A DNA stretch of 59,648 bases, the filler included, from Sphacelaria rigidula (Eukaryota), in assembly GCA_964200075.2 (NCBI GenBank). It is 9 parts of 9 records of this genome, joined end to end, with 100 filler letters (N's around TTAATTAATTAA, not from the genome) between each part and the next. Parts side by side here need not be neighbours in the genome. Positions count along the whole stretch, not along the records: positions 1 to 6,539 come from CAXNAA020019470.1; positions 6,640 to 13,178 come from CAXNAA020019471.1; 7 more parts are not named here. One strand, written 5' to 3'. The notes beneath the pieces are model-generated. The model was not told where the DNA came from and made no database searches. It saw only the letters and a program-made list of their open reading frames with translations. Shown here piece by piece: positions 1 through 13,278 of the stretch. The first letter of the stretch is position 1, and each line of letters opens with the position of its first letter. The translations under genes were made by a program, and so were the position numbers.

Positions 1-49
1 GCCGCGCTCGGCGCCGGCGCCGCGGCGGGCGGTAGCGGTGTGGGGGGGT

Positions 50-87
<38 letters not shown>

Positions 88-1144
88 GACTTATGTGTCG
101 TAGCACAAGAAGCGCCTTGGAAGATTCGCTCGATCGTTCTGAGCTCTAATCCCGACAGAGGTATTTTAGCAGCAACAACTTCAATTGACGGAGGCAACCG
201 AGGCGTAATGAAACTACTGCATCTACGGCGCTCAAGTGGCGTCGGCTTCGTCGTTCATTCAAGCTGCTCCTAGCGATACCAACAGTAAATCCGTTACCAA
301 GCATTTTGGCCCAGACCAATATAGACGTATCGGCTGAAGTTTTACTAATATATTGCTAGCCATTACATTAAATCTACTGCGTCACTTTTTGTATCCAGGG
401 TCGAGATCATCAACGACTTGGCATCCTTTTGATAATTTTGGTCACTTTGTAAATATATGCATGTCGAACAACTCAGCGCTAGGTGCGATTACCAAGAACA
501 TGGCGCGATGTAGCTGTTCGCACCATGGGGCCAAACATGATTGTAAAGTTTCAGCCCACAACTCCGCAAGTGCACAAGGTTAAAACGATTCGGAATCAAA
601 GCTTCCAATCGGAACAGAGGACTATACTACTTCGATCTATCGGTGAACATCGAAGTGGCCGTATAGCACCAGAATGCTGACGCACTGAACATTCAATTGG
701 TCTTCCTTGTATCCCCACAAGCACGTACCGGCAATCATCAATCGCGGAGCATTCTGTGTGGTATTACGAAACACTGAAAACGATGCAGACGATGCCCGCC
801 CCTCATTTGGCAGTGTCTTGAGTCATGACGAATATGGGTATTCCTTGGGGATATGTGTATCGCTGTAGACTTTGGGGCCTACGGAGTCGTGTTCGCCTCA
901 GTCCCAGCGCCAAATGATATGTGGTACGCTTTACCCATTCCTTGTATATCCCGAGCAGAGCAGCGGTGACGAAATCTTGCGCTCGTTCGTGGTACTAGCT
1001 TGTTTGTCAAACCCAGGACAAAAGTTGACGATGATTCACGAAGCGGTAATTGTAGACGAAGTCTACTGCGATGGCAGAATGACTTTGCATCCTTGTCAAG
1101 CTCAAACCCCGACACACTGCCTAATATAAACGGAGACGCTTCAC

Positions 1145-4100
1145 CTGGCCACTATTCGGTACAGCAGGATTTCTTCCACCGTCAGATTGTTCTCCAAGAC
1201 CAGCAGCTCTCGCATTTCTTCCTCGGACACCTTGAGCACATCGCACAGTAGGCGGTGGTCGAAAGAGTGTGAGATGGAGCTATAGACGACACTCAAGCCT
1301 TCTATGGCGGTATTGCAAACAGGCACACAACATGTTGGGTGATGGATATTATAGTCAAAAGTTCGTTCCCTTCTGAAACCCTAGCATTTCCACAAAACAC
1401 GACTGGAAACTAAGTACACGGCTGACATCTAAACACCATGACATAAGTCCACCACCAACAGCAGCAAGCCTCATGCAATAAACACGCGTGACGTATCCTC
1501 AGACTACACTCCTCCCACACTAGTACCTCCAACGCTTTTCGGTCCTCTAGCGAATGAAACCTCCCGACCGGCGCCCTCCGACGTCCTCCACAACGAATTT
1601 GGTGGGCAAGTCGTCGAAGTTCGGCCGACTTGGCACCACCCGACACACTGCGCTGTCGCCGCCCACCGCCACGTTCGGTATTCCCATCACCGGCGGCCGG
1701 TGTGGCCAAAGAGCCACCATGTGGCAACGGCGGCGACGACGGATCTGAACTCGGGCTCATGGTAGAGAGGGTCTTTCGTAATCTCGTCGTTGACGCCGGG
1801 TTCATTACGGCAGTCGGCTCTGTGCATCTCCGTGCCATCTCCGGGTGGTGCTCGCCGTCCGTTTGCGAAGAAGTTCTTCGCGGCTCCGCGGACGGCGGTG
1901 CACTGGCGCCCGGCGGACGCATGCCCACGTCGAGCAGGCGGCGACAAAGAGCCATATAGCGGACGCGTGAGCGCGCACGGGCGATGGCTGCCACCCACGT
2001 CTGGTTCAGTCCCGCAAGGCCCCTGTGGGCTTCTCGGCGTTGCTCGGACATGACGCATCTGCCGGTTCATGGACAGTCAACAGGGCGTTCAGCACGTTTT
2101 GGTTGGGTAGGATGATAAAAGGTGTAAAAACTGCTCAAGAGTGGAGGGGGTGAGGAGGAGACAAACTGGGCGTGGTATAACAGAGTTGTGCGCGGATGAA
2201 TTCCGTCACCGCTCACGTATCTCGTCATGTCGCCTGCGGGAGAATAAAGGACACCCGACGAGAGGTGGAATAGAAGAAGCAACGATCCAGGCCCGAGATA
2301 TCTCGTGGGGAATACCCAAACGAAGACAATTCCACATAAACAAGCGTGGAGCACGACTGCACCCGTTCCATCCCCCACAGGGGCGATAATCCACCGTATG
2401 TTTCGGTGGGATAGAGATCATGGCTCTACGCAAAATTCTCACGAGTCTGGGGAGCGCTACACAAACGTGACTGCTGTACTTGCTCGTCCTCGCTGAGCTC
2501 ATGTCGGTGCTGTTCCAACTCACTGTACTGCGTAACGCCACCAAGCCGCTGGGTCCTCCAACACCGGGGTCGTGGGTCGCTCCCTCCGAAAGTGGAACCG
2601 GCGCTTCGACATCGCTACGGCGCTCACGGCTCTATTCAGGATGTCGTACTGCCTTACATCCACCTGCACAGCAACCGCCTCGATATCCAAAGATACCGCT
2701 GCCATGGACGGCGAGGCTGTTCTACCAAGGTCGCCTCCGTTGCGTCCATCTGCACGGTCATTACTTTGCTCCGCCGCTGTCGATCTTCTGCTTGAAGCAT
2801 TGGCACCATCAATGCTGTCTGCTCCTTGTTGTGGGGCCGTCGGCGGACGCCCGGTATCAGATGCTGATGGGGTCGCGGCGGCGGCGGCGGCGGCGGCGGC
2901 GGCTTGGGCCGCACCACCATCCAAGTGTATTGCCAGATTTCCTCGAGCGGTGACAGGGCGTAGGAGAAATACCGCATCGGTTGTGCTATCTGATGCCTCG
3001 ACCTCACCAGAAGAACTAATATCCTGACCACCCTCGGATCGTTTTCCTGCTGCCTCCGCAGGTTCACTGATACGAGAAGAAGATTGATTGCTCTGTCCCG
3101 GCGGCGTGGGTCGGAATGGGCAGCGTTCTTGACCACCGGTGCTCCCACGATTATCACCATCAAAACCGCCACCCGGGTGCTGTTCGACAAGGTGATCTCG
3201 GTCCCACCAGTCTTCTGTGCTGTCCTTAGTGTATGCTGACAGGCCATCAAGCTCTATTTCTTTGTGTATGCCAGAGGTGGCGGTATTTGTTGGCGCGGTG
3301 CCGCCTTCCCTCGCCGATCGCGACCTAGGACTTCGACTGCCGTCCGCTCTTGCTTCTTTCCCGACACCGTCACCACAGCCAGTGCTCTTTCGCCCTGAAG
3401 AAGACATGGAGAAATAAACGACACGGGAAGGTTGGACAGCGTGAGGGTTTGACTCGAACGCTCCCGTCTGACAGTAGTACCAGTAGACCGACCTCATTAC
3501 TATATACCCGAAACAGTAGCAGTTACCCTCATGAAACGCGCCGCCCCCTGCTCTTGTAACTGCCTTCCCCTCTGAGTAAAACGACGTCGAGCTACTTTCG
3601 ACACACTTCTCCCACTCTTCCAGCTTGAGACGACTCACCGTTTGGACTGTAACTGCCGCCTCGAGTAGGACTGTTACCCCTGCTGCGGCACCCGCTGCTG
3701 TTGCTGCCGTGTGTAGGGGAACCGCGAGGCGTCGGCGCATTGCTATCGGAAGCTGGGGCAGAGCTCGCAACGGGTGGAGGTGATATGTGTAACCGTTCGA
3801 GATAGACACCAACGGCGCTGGAGCATGGTCTCGCCGAGCGGCGACTGTTTCCCGCAGGGCAACATGCCACCGAAGAACGAGGAGACTCTCGCGCATCGTC
3901 AGGCGCCATCCAAACCACGTGCACGTTCTCTACCTACATGGTACAATCCCGCAGCAGACCGGTTGCGCATGGAAATCACACACGCAAGCACAGGTGAGAT
4001 ACGTCTGAGTCAGGAAACAAGCGTCACCAGGCGCGCTGTCACGTCGTCCATTGGCAGACTACAGACCAGCAAGGATTAGCCCTATCTCACATGCAGTGCT

Positions 4101-6177
4101 ATGTCGTCTTGCAATCAGTTTTTGCTATGTTCCGTGCGCTCGAACTGTCGATCGATAACCCTACCCCCGAAACGACTGACTTTTGATCATGCACAACATC
4201 CTCGACGACCAACGCATTTGCATACGCCGACCATAGCAATTGGGCAACGGTTAAATTAGATCAGCGCGGCGTTCCCTCCATCGCTGCGATAAAACTTCCT
4301 GCAGCTTCAAATGTGTTCCGTATGCAGAGCATTGCGAATCAAACTTCCATGTTGCGCTCACCGTAATGGTAGCGTTACGAGCCAGACGAGATATGAAGGA
4401 GTTGCGGAGGGCATAAGCCAATCGGAGAAACCATCCAGACCCAGTTGGCACTCCTGCCAAACGTGCCTCCGCCGTAGCAAGTAACGCCTGTGGATCATAA
4501 GTTGCGACATGTTGACCAAAATCATTATTTTGAAACATTTTGTATACTCCAACGTGATTTTATTCAAGGACAAAATTGAAAACAGAAAACACGAGAAACT
4601 TGCCTGCATTCGGTGATCTGTGGAATGTCACACGTCTGCCCCACCTTATAAGTTCCTAGCACAACGTAGGCGCAACGTACAGCAGTTTGATGTTCGCCAC
4701 AATATCGCAATAGCAGCAGCTAACACGAGTATTCAACAGTTCGCTGTTTTGCATGCTCTCGCTGATGTTCATAGCGGCATTTTCATTCCCCGGGTGACTG
4801 CGAGAAATCAGAATACCCACGGCTGGAATCGGTTTGTTTCAGGAAAGCAGGGTACAATAAGCACCGGACCGTTAGGAAGGGGTGCGCCCGGAAAAGAGCA
4901 CATGACATCTACGGCACAGACTAGTCGCTCGCCAGTGACTCGTCGAGCCGTCAACACGCGGTAGAGCGGCTGCATCGTTTCCAACGACACGCTCTTACCA
5001 GCAACGCAGGGTACGCCGTCCCCGATACTCGCATATGTTCCAAGTTTCAAATTTGGGTACACAATGTCCTGCAAAGAACGAGTGCTTGCACCGTTCTCAA
5101 ACCTGCTTCTTGGCGAAGACGGCATCGCGGAGTTCCTGTTCGACTGCATCATCGTAGTTAGCATTCCCTAGAGGCTCCAATACCAGGGTCACACCGGACA
5201 CGTGCAACTTCGACGGTCGAGTAGCAAATGTTTTCCATGGCACCTGCACCACGGTAACGTACGGATGATCAAGTACAGGACGCCCACTGCACTGCCGAGG
5301 CGCTGTAGGTGAATAGACTGCGCATGGCAGTGTGAGCCACCGGAAGAAAAGGTAGAATCGGATCACAACCATTTACATGTTGTTTTGCGCAACTCCTTCG
5401 CCAGACTACCCCCTTCCCTAGCACTGATCGAGGGCGCTCAAGCGCAAAACAACACAACAGACCGTGTTTGCTGACGCGCCCACACTGCAAACTCCGTCGC
5501 GCAATACAACTCTCTCATTGTCATGTACAGTACCGTTATACATTTGAGATTTGAGCAAGAATTCTCCCGGGGGCATCGAGGCTCCGGTGAAGGGTCTACG
5601 CTCCACGCATGATCTATCTACCCCTGTTTGCAAAGCTGACTGCACTTATGTCCGAAGGTTGCCGTCAGCTCAGCATACCCCGAAAGGTGAGGAAACCGAG
5701 GTGTTGTAGAGAATGAGTTGATATTCCGATCACCCTCATTTGCAAGTATTTGGAACTTACAAGTACCACCCCCCGACCTGGCATAAGCTTTTATCACGCC
5801 TCGATCAAGCGCGGATGCTAATGTCTGAGCACAATATCTGACTTGAGTTCGTTGATAGAGGCATCGACGCATATAAAAGCGGGTTTTGGTACACGATTGC
5901 GCAGTACAAGGGTGTCCGAATACTTGGCGGTCGAAGGGCTGAGCGTCATGCATTAGCTGAACGAACAGCTTTTGCGCCCACAGCTGCGCTCACCGCACAT
6001 CCCAACAATACCAGCCTACGGTATCCGACGTCGACTCCGAAAAACGACAGTACTGACCTGAACATGCGCGTATTCCACTGATCCTTGCTTGAGGACGACG
6101 GGTAGGTGGAACTTGCGAATGACGTCCGGGCGTAACCTCACATTGCTCACCGTCATATCTCCGCTCCAAAACCCCGC
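1145..6177 (-). CDS. VPS13: VPS13 family lipid-transfer protein, N-terminal (chorein-N) part; partial, spliced. Exons: 6177-6058, 5243-5103, 4487-4362, 3933-3639, 3394-2524, 2058-1527, 1230-1145
   Basis: Phase-consistent AG/GT junctions join GFWSGDMTVSNVRLRPD..LPVVLKQGSVEYAHVQ|VPWK..LHVSGVTLVLEP, |VENVHVVW..GVYLERL, IHKEIELDGLSAY, LLRPVTARGNL, QYDIL..RRERPTTPVLEDPAAWWRYAVQ|CV and EEEMRELLVLENNLTVEEILLYR. These VPS13 N-terminal motifs are in the expected order. The first exon and downstream exons were not found; the acceptor at 1230 (AAG) is less certain. Confidence 0.88.
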
Positions 6178-6539
6178 CTGTTGACAAAGTGTTGAGATGA
6201 ATATGGTGCAATATTTGGAAAAGCTTTTCAGCGAGTCACAGCGTCGCAACGGTCGGTCTAAGCAATTTTTTAAAAGCAGAGCACAGCGTCACACTTCATG
6301 ACAGCCACGTTCGGCCGGGGTTGCAAAGCGACAGTCGCTTCAAACGCAATCAGGTAAAATTCATACGAAAGGCGAAATGTCGTGCAACTACACAAGGAAA
6401 ACACTACCTCGCATGCACTTCGTGCGCGGGTGTGCGAAGGTGACGAGAAGCAGGGGGGGGGGGGGGGGGGGGGGGGCTGTGTTTGTTTGCGTCCCCCCCC
6501 CGGTGGATGAGCAACCCCACCCCCGCCGCGGGCCGGGGC

Positions 6540-6639
6540 NNNNNNNNNNNNNNNNNNNNNNNNNNNNNNNNNNNNNNNNNNNNTTAATTAATTAANNNNN
6601 NNNNNNNNNNNNNNNNNNNNNNNNNNNNNNNNNNNNNNN
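6540..6639. other. Artificial contig spacer N44-TTAATTAATTAA-N44
   Basis: Seen directly; the 12-mer has stops in all six frames and the identical spacer occurs 8 times. Confidence 0.99.
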
Positions 6640-6928
6640 CAATGACATTTTTGTCGGCCTAATGCCCCTCGATCGCGGTGATGCTTTTTCAGCGCAATTC
6701 ACCGACTCCATGAGCTCACAGCGCTGACCGAAGCCGTCATTTCCCCCCCTTTAAGGGGGGTAATATCAGGGAAAATGACGGTTTCCGTCAGCGCTGTAAG
6801 CTCACAGCGTCGGGGAATTGCGCTGAAAAAGTGTCAACGCGATCGAGGGGCATTAGGCCGACAAAAACGTCGTCGGGCACCATCGCTGAAAGTGTGGGGA
6901 AAACCCTGTTTCAGGCTTCGACCTCATC
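6640..6928. mobile_element. Fold-back/MITE-like element with long imperfect inverted arms, cut by the contig start
   Basis: TTTTTGTCGGCCTAATGCCCCTCGATCGCG..CAGCGCTGAC (~6648-6730) is the reverse complement of GTCAGCGCTG..CGCGATCGAGGGGCATTAGGCCGACAAAAA (~6787-6867). A second copy lies at 13279-13597. Confidence 0.8.
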
Positions 6929-8096
6929 TCGGAGTTAAACCTCAATTCGCACAATTCGTTGTTCGTTTCATGTCGATGAGATTGCTTCGAGAGCTCAATT
7001 TTGACCTCAGACTGGCGCAGCTCGTGATGATGGTATACACGTCACTCCTGGGAAATTTCGACCTTACTGTCCTCCCATAAGAAAATCTAGTTTCTCAGAT
7101 GTGTTTTGTGGGTACCTCTTCACGATTCCGTGCCTGACCCTTGGACCGCGGTGCGGGTAATCCGTCTGAATCACATACAATTTTTTCGAGTGAATATTGA
7201 TGACGATTCAGCAGGTGACTGGACCTCGCGGTCAAATGGTTGATGCCATGTTCACTTATCAGACGCCCTACAAGAGAGTCAACCCAGTCTGATGACCTAT
7301 GCTTCACTGCGGAGTTCATAGCACGGCTTGTTGATCCCAGGAAGGCGTCACATTTCGCCAGTTTGCTCATACTACGCATCACCCACACTTCAGTCAAAGT
7401 TCTCGGACACACAGCAATGAGAAAGAACAGATATCCATTGAGTGCTCAATGACCACTTTCATGGCCAGGGGGAAAGCATGTCCCGCGTGCTTTCCAACTT
7501 TTCACACGAGGCGCATACATGAAAGGAATGATGCTACGGTAAGGGTACCCAAATATTTTCTGAGGTTAGAATTGTTGGGAGCCTGTAACCTCATCCGGAA
7601 TAGGACTGATGAAAATATGCGCGAGTACGCCAAGATCACTATTCCAATGTGCTGGGGATATCCCGAATAAATCTGCAAAAGGGGATGCCCTGGCCCATAT
7701 TTTTCCGCGTCTAGAACCGTTAGGAGCCCCAGAACCAGACAAGAGTTCACGAAAAAAGCCCACTCCTACCGTAGCCTTGCCCAAAGGCGAAGGATCATCT
7801 CTCGATTGATGCTGTTCATCGTTATTTTTGGAAGGGAGACGAGGGGACAGGAAAAAAAAATGACTTCGCCCACTCCCTCACCAACCAGACGGTGTGTCGA
7901 ACCTTCATTACTCAACTTCTTTACCGCTCATCCCTCAGCGAATCAGGGGGGCGTGCGCGTTGGTTGCTTGCCTCAGTCGTGTGGGGTGAGAAATCACATC
8001 ACCAGCGACCCTCTCGACCAGGGAATTGGAAGGAGGAGGCGGGGTACTCATCATGCATGGCATGGTTGTGAGACTTTTGACCCCGCATTCCTGCAA

Positions 8097-8260
8097 TACC
8101 GGGACGAAGCACACCGGGGTTTCGCCGGACTCGGCTCACACTCGATCACTCAGCGCCGTGGTGTACTGCTCGTCGAGTTGAATCACGAATGATCTGCATT
8201 CTGCTAAGATTGTTCCGCTCAAAGTCCACTGGTTATCTTGCATTTGGATAGCAGCCATTG
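8097..8260. repeat. Diverged dispersed repeat, homologous to 53126-53295; probably a decayed coding relic of a mobile element
   Basis: CCGGGACGAAGCACACCGGGGTTTCGCCGGACTCGGCTC..GCTAAGATTG..TTATCTTGCATTTGGATAGCAG aligns with CCGGGATGGAGCACGCCGGGTTTTCGCCGGACCAGGCTC..GCTAAGATTG..TTATCTTGAACTTGGATGGCAG. Confidence 0.65.
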
Positions 8261-9437
8261 AACGTAGGCAAAAGTCGTTCAGGCGGGTACCCGGAATGAG
8301 GGGGACACCCCCGCCGGGCACCCTGCAAACGTCAATAACGGGAACGGACTAAATTGAAGAAACACCACTTGTTATGTGATATGTTACATTAGGCAACACT
8401 GCTGGCGTAAGGGAGATACACGTAAATAGTACCACATAACCACGTGAAGCGTAAGCACACACCCCACGTCACGCTCGACAACACCAAAGGTGGAACAAAA
8501 TCAAATAGCACACAAGGCACCTTATTGCCGCCCGTTCACGTCCATAACTCCTCCAACCAAACATGAACCCCACGCAAAGCCCGAACGATAGACCCCGAGA
8601 CAACACAACTCACACACACACGAATACAGTCGCCGAGTCGAATACTCTGCTATTGATACATTCTTCTCTTTCGAAGTTTTCGAAAAGAGAAAAAAACTTG
8701 TTTTGACAGACTCCACATGAAACTCACACAACATTCCTCGACCATACGTACGTAGCTGTCGGCACACACACTACAACACATGTGTGAAGACGATTTCATT
8801 TCAGAATGCGACTCACCACATACACAGCAATCATTTGATACGTCAACCTCGGAAGTCAACAATCATCAAGCATTGCAGCCTTTCCATCAATCTTCGGCCT
8901 CGCCACGCGCGAAAAGTGTCATCCCTTACAATGTGCTGCCTCTTCCCCTATTCTCCAAAAAGCAAGCAGACACGGAACGAATAAAGCGATCTATTTTCCG
9001 TTTTTTTGGGTGAAACTTCATTACACCGGTCACAAAAAGCAGGGTAAATAATCTGTGTGGTGATAAATGCATGGACTGGCATGCAGTCCAACAGACTGGC
9101 CGGTGGTAAGCACCACCCGATTCACCGCGGGTGGCTCGACGCAACGGATGTGTAGGCTATTCCTCAACATCAAAATTTGGAGATCACTTCATCGTACCGA
9201 AAAGTTGAAGCAGACTCCCTCGCTTGGGCTGTACACGAGGAAAGGATTCAAATTGTGTACGTGACAAGCGACAAAAAATCAGAGCATACTATCACATCTC
9301 GCGACAGTAGCCTCATCAACAGAAACAGACTTGTCTGGAGAGGGGTGAAAGTCTGGATAAGCATGAGAGTGATAAATAATCGTCAACTTCCGCTGCTGCT
9401 GCTGCCCCTGGTTACCAACCCCAAAGTAGAATCATTA

Positions 9438-12400
9438 TCATTGTCCGTTGAGTCGCTGCACCAGACCCTGCTTCAAATCCGCCGGCAACTTCTCGATCGC
9501 AGCGTTCAATGGCTCTCCCAGCTCTACCGCGGCTGCCCTGATACCCGTGACCAACGTCTCTTGTATTTCTTCTTGTACCTTGGCTGCCGGAACGAGAGCT
9601 TGCGCGACAACACCTGAAACATGCATCGCAGTATTAGGGGAAATAGGGCCCACAGGGCAAAGAAAAATTGGTAAAACACGACACGACACGAAGCAAAGAC
9701 ACAATGAATGGAAAGGTAAAACCATACATCGATCGAGTATTTGGAAACGAGGACCTCCGCTTCGATATTTGAGATGAGTTTGATCGTGCCCACTGTTGTG
9801 ACAACTCTAGTAGTAGGCGCCTGAACTGTTCATTTTGTAAGTTTTTCGTAATCGCGGGGATTTTCTTAGGCTTTCTTATGCTTTTGCTTGGCACCGCTCA
9901 CTACATTGGGAAGATACTTGTATCCATTTCATACTCGAAGAAGAAAAAAAATCATTTTCTAAACTCAGTATTGAGATACTTCCGGGCTGATGGTCATCGG
10001 GAGTCATGAAACGTTTCAGGCCAGATTCTGACTCTTCGGTATTTTCGGTCGACCGAGCTTGTCCCGATCTTATTTGTGAACAAGTGTACGGGTTGGTTTC
10101 TTTTCAAACTTACCTACAAATTGCACTAGAGCCGAAACGCTGTGTTCCACGGTCAGTAACACCCCCCCATAAAGGGGTATCTACTCGTATCGCACGATAG
10201 AACGAACCATCACTAACTTGGGTACTGGGGAGGGGCAGGGGAAGGGCAGGGGGGGGAGAAGACGATCTGTTCATTCTTACCAAAATCTACCGACCCTAGC
10301 ACCGGGGGTGGGGCGCGAGAAGGTAGACAGGCAGCACTCACCCAACACTGCGTCAAGCCGCGCCAAGACCTCAGGATGCCGCATATGAATGAGCCCTAAG
10401 AGACAAGTGTACACTGCCTCATTTTCGCTTCGGTCCGCCTTCAAAGGCAGCGCAGACAGAAGAACCGGGAGGACCTGAGTCAAGAGTGGCGATACAGGGA
10501 GGTAGAGCGAAGGGGGAGATGGTGACAAGTTCGGGGGGGAAACAATGAGGAGAAAATACAGAGATATCAAAGTACGTGCATTGGATTTTTCAAGTGGCGC
10601 CACGAGATGGTGTTTTTTCAGCGCCCCCTTGCCTCCAGGTCCGCGAGCACCACTCGCACGAATATGCTGTATAAAGACCAATAATGGCATGCCGCATCAC
10701 ACGACAGGATCAAGTAGACTTCAAGAGAAACAAGAACGAGAAGAAGGACCGTTCCCGAATCGAGTACTAGGGTTGCCACCACAATAACGGTCGCCAAAAC
10801 ACGACTGACCATACCATACATCAAAGGGCACAGGCAGCCAAACCTCCGGACACATTTCATCACCTGATCCATCGGCACCGCTGCAGGCGCCGCCATAATC
10901 ATCCGTGCCACCGCTGCTGCCGCGTTGTCAACCACGCCTCCCTCCACACCCTTACCGCTGAGCTGGAATAACGGGTGCAACGCTTGGAGAATATCCAGAT
11001 AGTGAGGTACGATCGCATCTCCTGCAAAAGTCGGATAAAAACATGACACGTGCACGGAGGGCGAAAGGGTATATTTGCGGGTTGGAATGCCGATTATCGT
11101 GTTCTCCAGTTTTTCTCATCATGGAACGGAGGGACAAGATTTCAAAAGCAAATGCGGTGAAAGGCGAGAGAGAGCGGGAGTGCTGGCCCATGGCTCCATA
11201 ACCAAGCCCATCACAAGCAAGACTGCAGGCACGAGGGGGAAATCGGTGCATCTCTCGAAATAAGAAGCTTGAAAACAGTTCGACGAGGGAAAAAAAAAGA
11301 GTTGATGCCGGCACCTTCATCTCACGACATCTTTACACCTCAACACATCAGCCACGCTGACAGTTGGCTCACCTCCTCCCTGCGCTAACGTGCCCGCACA
11401 AAAGGCGGCGTTTCTTCGTACTCCCGCGTTCGCGTCCACCAAGCTGCGCTTTATTAACGGCAACGCGTGGTTTATGTATTTGGCACATGCCCTGGCCAAC
11501 GCAGCGTCATCAGCCATGTTCGTTTTCGGCAAGCACCGACGGGGTGGGGGATGGGGAGTGGGGGATTGGAAATAAGTCGTCACGAGAGAGAGACGTGACA
11601 CGTGGGAACACACACAATTTCACACAAGCAAGTCTTGGGGAGAGCTATTAAAAATTCAGATGCAGTGTTCACTCGAAGCTTCACGAGTTGATAAAACTGA
11701 CAAAAAAAACATGATACGGGTGGGAAATAGAATCGTCCTGTCCTTCTTCCATGACTGTATGCATCTACTTTTTCGCAATGGCGCAAAAGCAAATGTCAAC
11801 AGGTACTTTCATTCAAGGTTTAAGGATTGCAAGGGTCGGACGAATTAATTGCTCGTACGAAAATTACTTGAATATAGTGTGATTGATTCGTACAGTACAA
11901 ATCAATCATTACGCTTCATTTTCGGCGTTGCAACCCAGGTACGCGAAGCCCAGGCACGTGAAATGGCGCAAAAGTTGTTCGAACTGCGGTCGACTTTTTT
12001 CTCCCTTTCGATCAACCAGGCCCAAGAGATCGTGGATTTGGTGCTTCGAATCGGCGATGATTCGTCCGAACCGTGAAGGATTGAGACACAATCCTAGATG
12101 AAAAAAAGGAAGGCGCCTCGCGAACAACATAAAATGAGGCGAACATTTCAGGGACGGAGAGAGACCAAACTCACGGGCCGATGCACTCGAACACCTCAGC
12201 TAAGCAACCCACAGCCATGGCGCGGTCGGACGCAGGCCTTGACCCCTTCGCGTAGCGCAAGACGCTCGGCAAAAAGACATCGAACGAATCCGTGAACGAC
12301 GGTCCGAAAACCTGACGGACGGATCAGACCGATTCAAAGGAGAACGTCGAACACACGCGCGAATGACGGTCATGAGCGTGCATTTCTGCAAGATCTTCGT

Positions 12401-12804
12401 GAGTGCCACCGATTTTTTTGAAAAAGAGGGGACGTGAAGGATCGAAAAACGCCAACATCGTCGGCACCCCGAGACCGTTGGCATCCTCCGTCATCAGCAC
12501 CAAAATCAGTCAATACCATCAGCACCAAAATCAGCCAATTTCATCAGCACCGGCAACAGCCCCGTGACCACATCACCATCAAAATCATCACAACAGCGGC
12601 AAGACCCTTCCGCACACACTAATCCTGTTCACATGGTCATTTGTCCCTTCCTGTTCTTCGGGACGACCCGCTAACCTTGGCAAATGCGCCCACAAGATCG
12701 CACGAGGCGTTGGCCACATTTCCGTCAATTGTGTCATCATCTTCATCATCCTCCTCATCCCCAACCCCAGCATCGTCCACCATACCCGGTCGGAAGCACG
12801 GCCC
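9438..12804 (-). CDS. IPO4: Importin-4 (karyopherin-beta, Kap123/IPO4-like), C-terminal part; partial, spliced. Exons: 12804-12676, 12311-12175, 11491-11373, 11021-10864, 10474-10342, 9613-9438 (stop)
   Basis: Canonical, phase-consistent junctions give: acidic loop DEEDDEDDD..ASCDLVGAFAK|VFGPSF..RYAKGSRPASDRAMAVGCLAEV, VRRNAAFCAGTL, HYLDILQALHPLF..VVDNAAAAVARMI..VPMDQ|VLPVLLSALPLKADRSENEAVY. These are typical importin-4 HEAT-repeat motifs. Confidence 0.88.
11830..12075. mobile_element. 246-bp MITE (family A; CA..TG termini, 8-bp TSD, hAT/P-like) in an importin-4 intron
   Basis: TIR CAAGGGTCGGACGAAT / ATTCGTCCGAACCGTG, flanked by a perfect AAGGATTG duplication (11822-11829 and 12076-12083). 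Confidence 0.9.
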
Positions 12805-13029
12805 CTGCGCGTTGAGCAGGCAGACGGTAGGCGATAGGGCGGGAGGGATACGAAGAACTACAGTTTTCACTGTCTTCCAAACAAGGCCAGATATTGAAAC
12901 AGTTCGAAAGGAGACATGTTTGGGGGGAGGGCGGCCAGGGGCAGTGTCATATCAATGCAAGAACAAGTGTCCATGTTGAACCTCTTTGTACTCATTTATC
13001 CGACAGCAGTACGTCACCACAGGAAATTG

Positions 13030-13130
13030 GGGAGGGGGGGCATTCTCATGTGTTGCTTGCCTTAGTCGTTTGACCGTTGACTACGCATCCCTTTCGAGAC
13101 GGAGCATTTTGGGAGGGGGGGGGGGGGGGG
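13030..13130. repeat. Short dispersed repeat bounded by G-runs; inverted copy at ~32115-32205, weaker copy at ~7945-7980
   Basis: GGGGGGCATTCTCATGTGTTGCTTGCCTTAGTCGTTTGACC matches the reverse complement of GGTCAAATGACTAAGGCAAGCAACAAATGAGTACGCCCCCC. Confidence 0.7.
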
Positions 13131-13178
13131 GCCCTCCCCTTTTAAAGGTGCAAATTGTTGGTGACAGCCTTTCAAGCC

Positions 13179-13278
13179 NNNNNNNNNNNNNNNNNNNNNN
13201 NNNNNNNNNNNNNNNNNNNNNNTTAATTAATTAANNNNNNNNNNNNNNNNNNNNNNNNNNNNNNNNNNNNNNNNNNNN
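13179..13278. other. Artificial contig spacer
   Basis: N44-TTAATTAATTAA-N44. Confidence 0.99.

Noticed and set aside
41..87. Long G-runs (also the C-runs at 46473-46562) as functional G-quadruplex or telomere
   Set aside because: They are homopolymers at or near contig ends with unreliable length and no telomeric repeat unit.
2520..3896. 458-aa ORF as a single-exon gene
   Set aside because: Only 3394-2524 is in the VPS13 frame; the upstream part is an intron plus an exon read in a different frame.
6377..6595. ORFs ending in XXXX-LIN (also near 13234 and 53055, and similar ORFs running into other spacers)
   Set aside because: Artefacts of translating into the artificial spacer.
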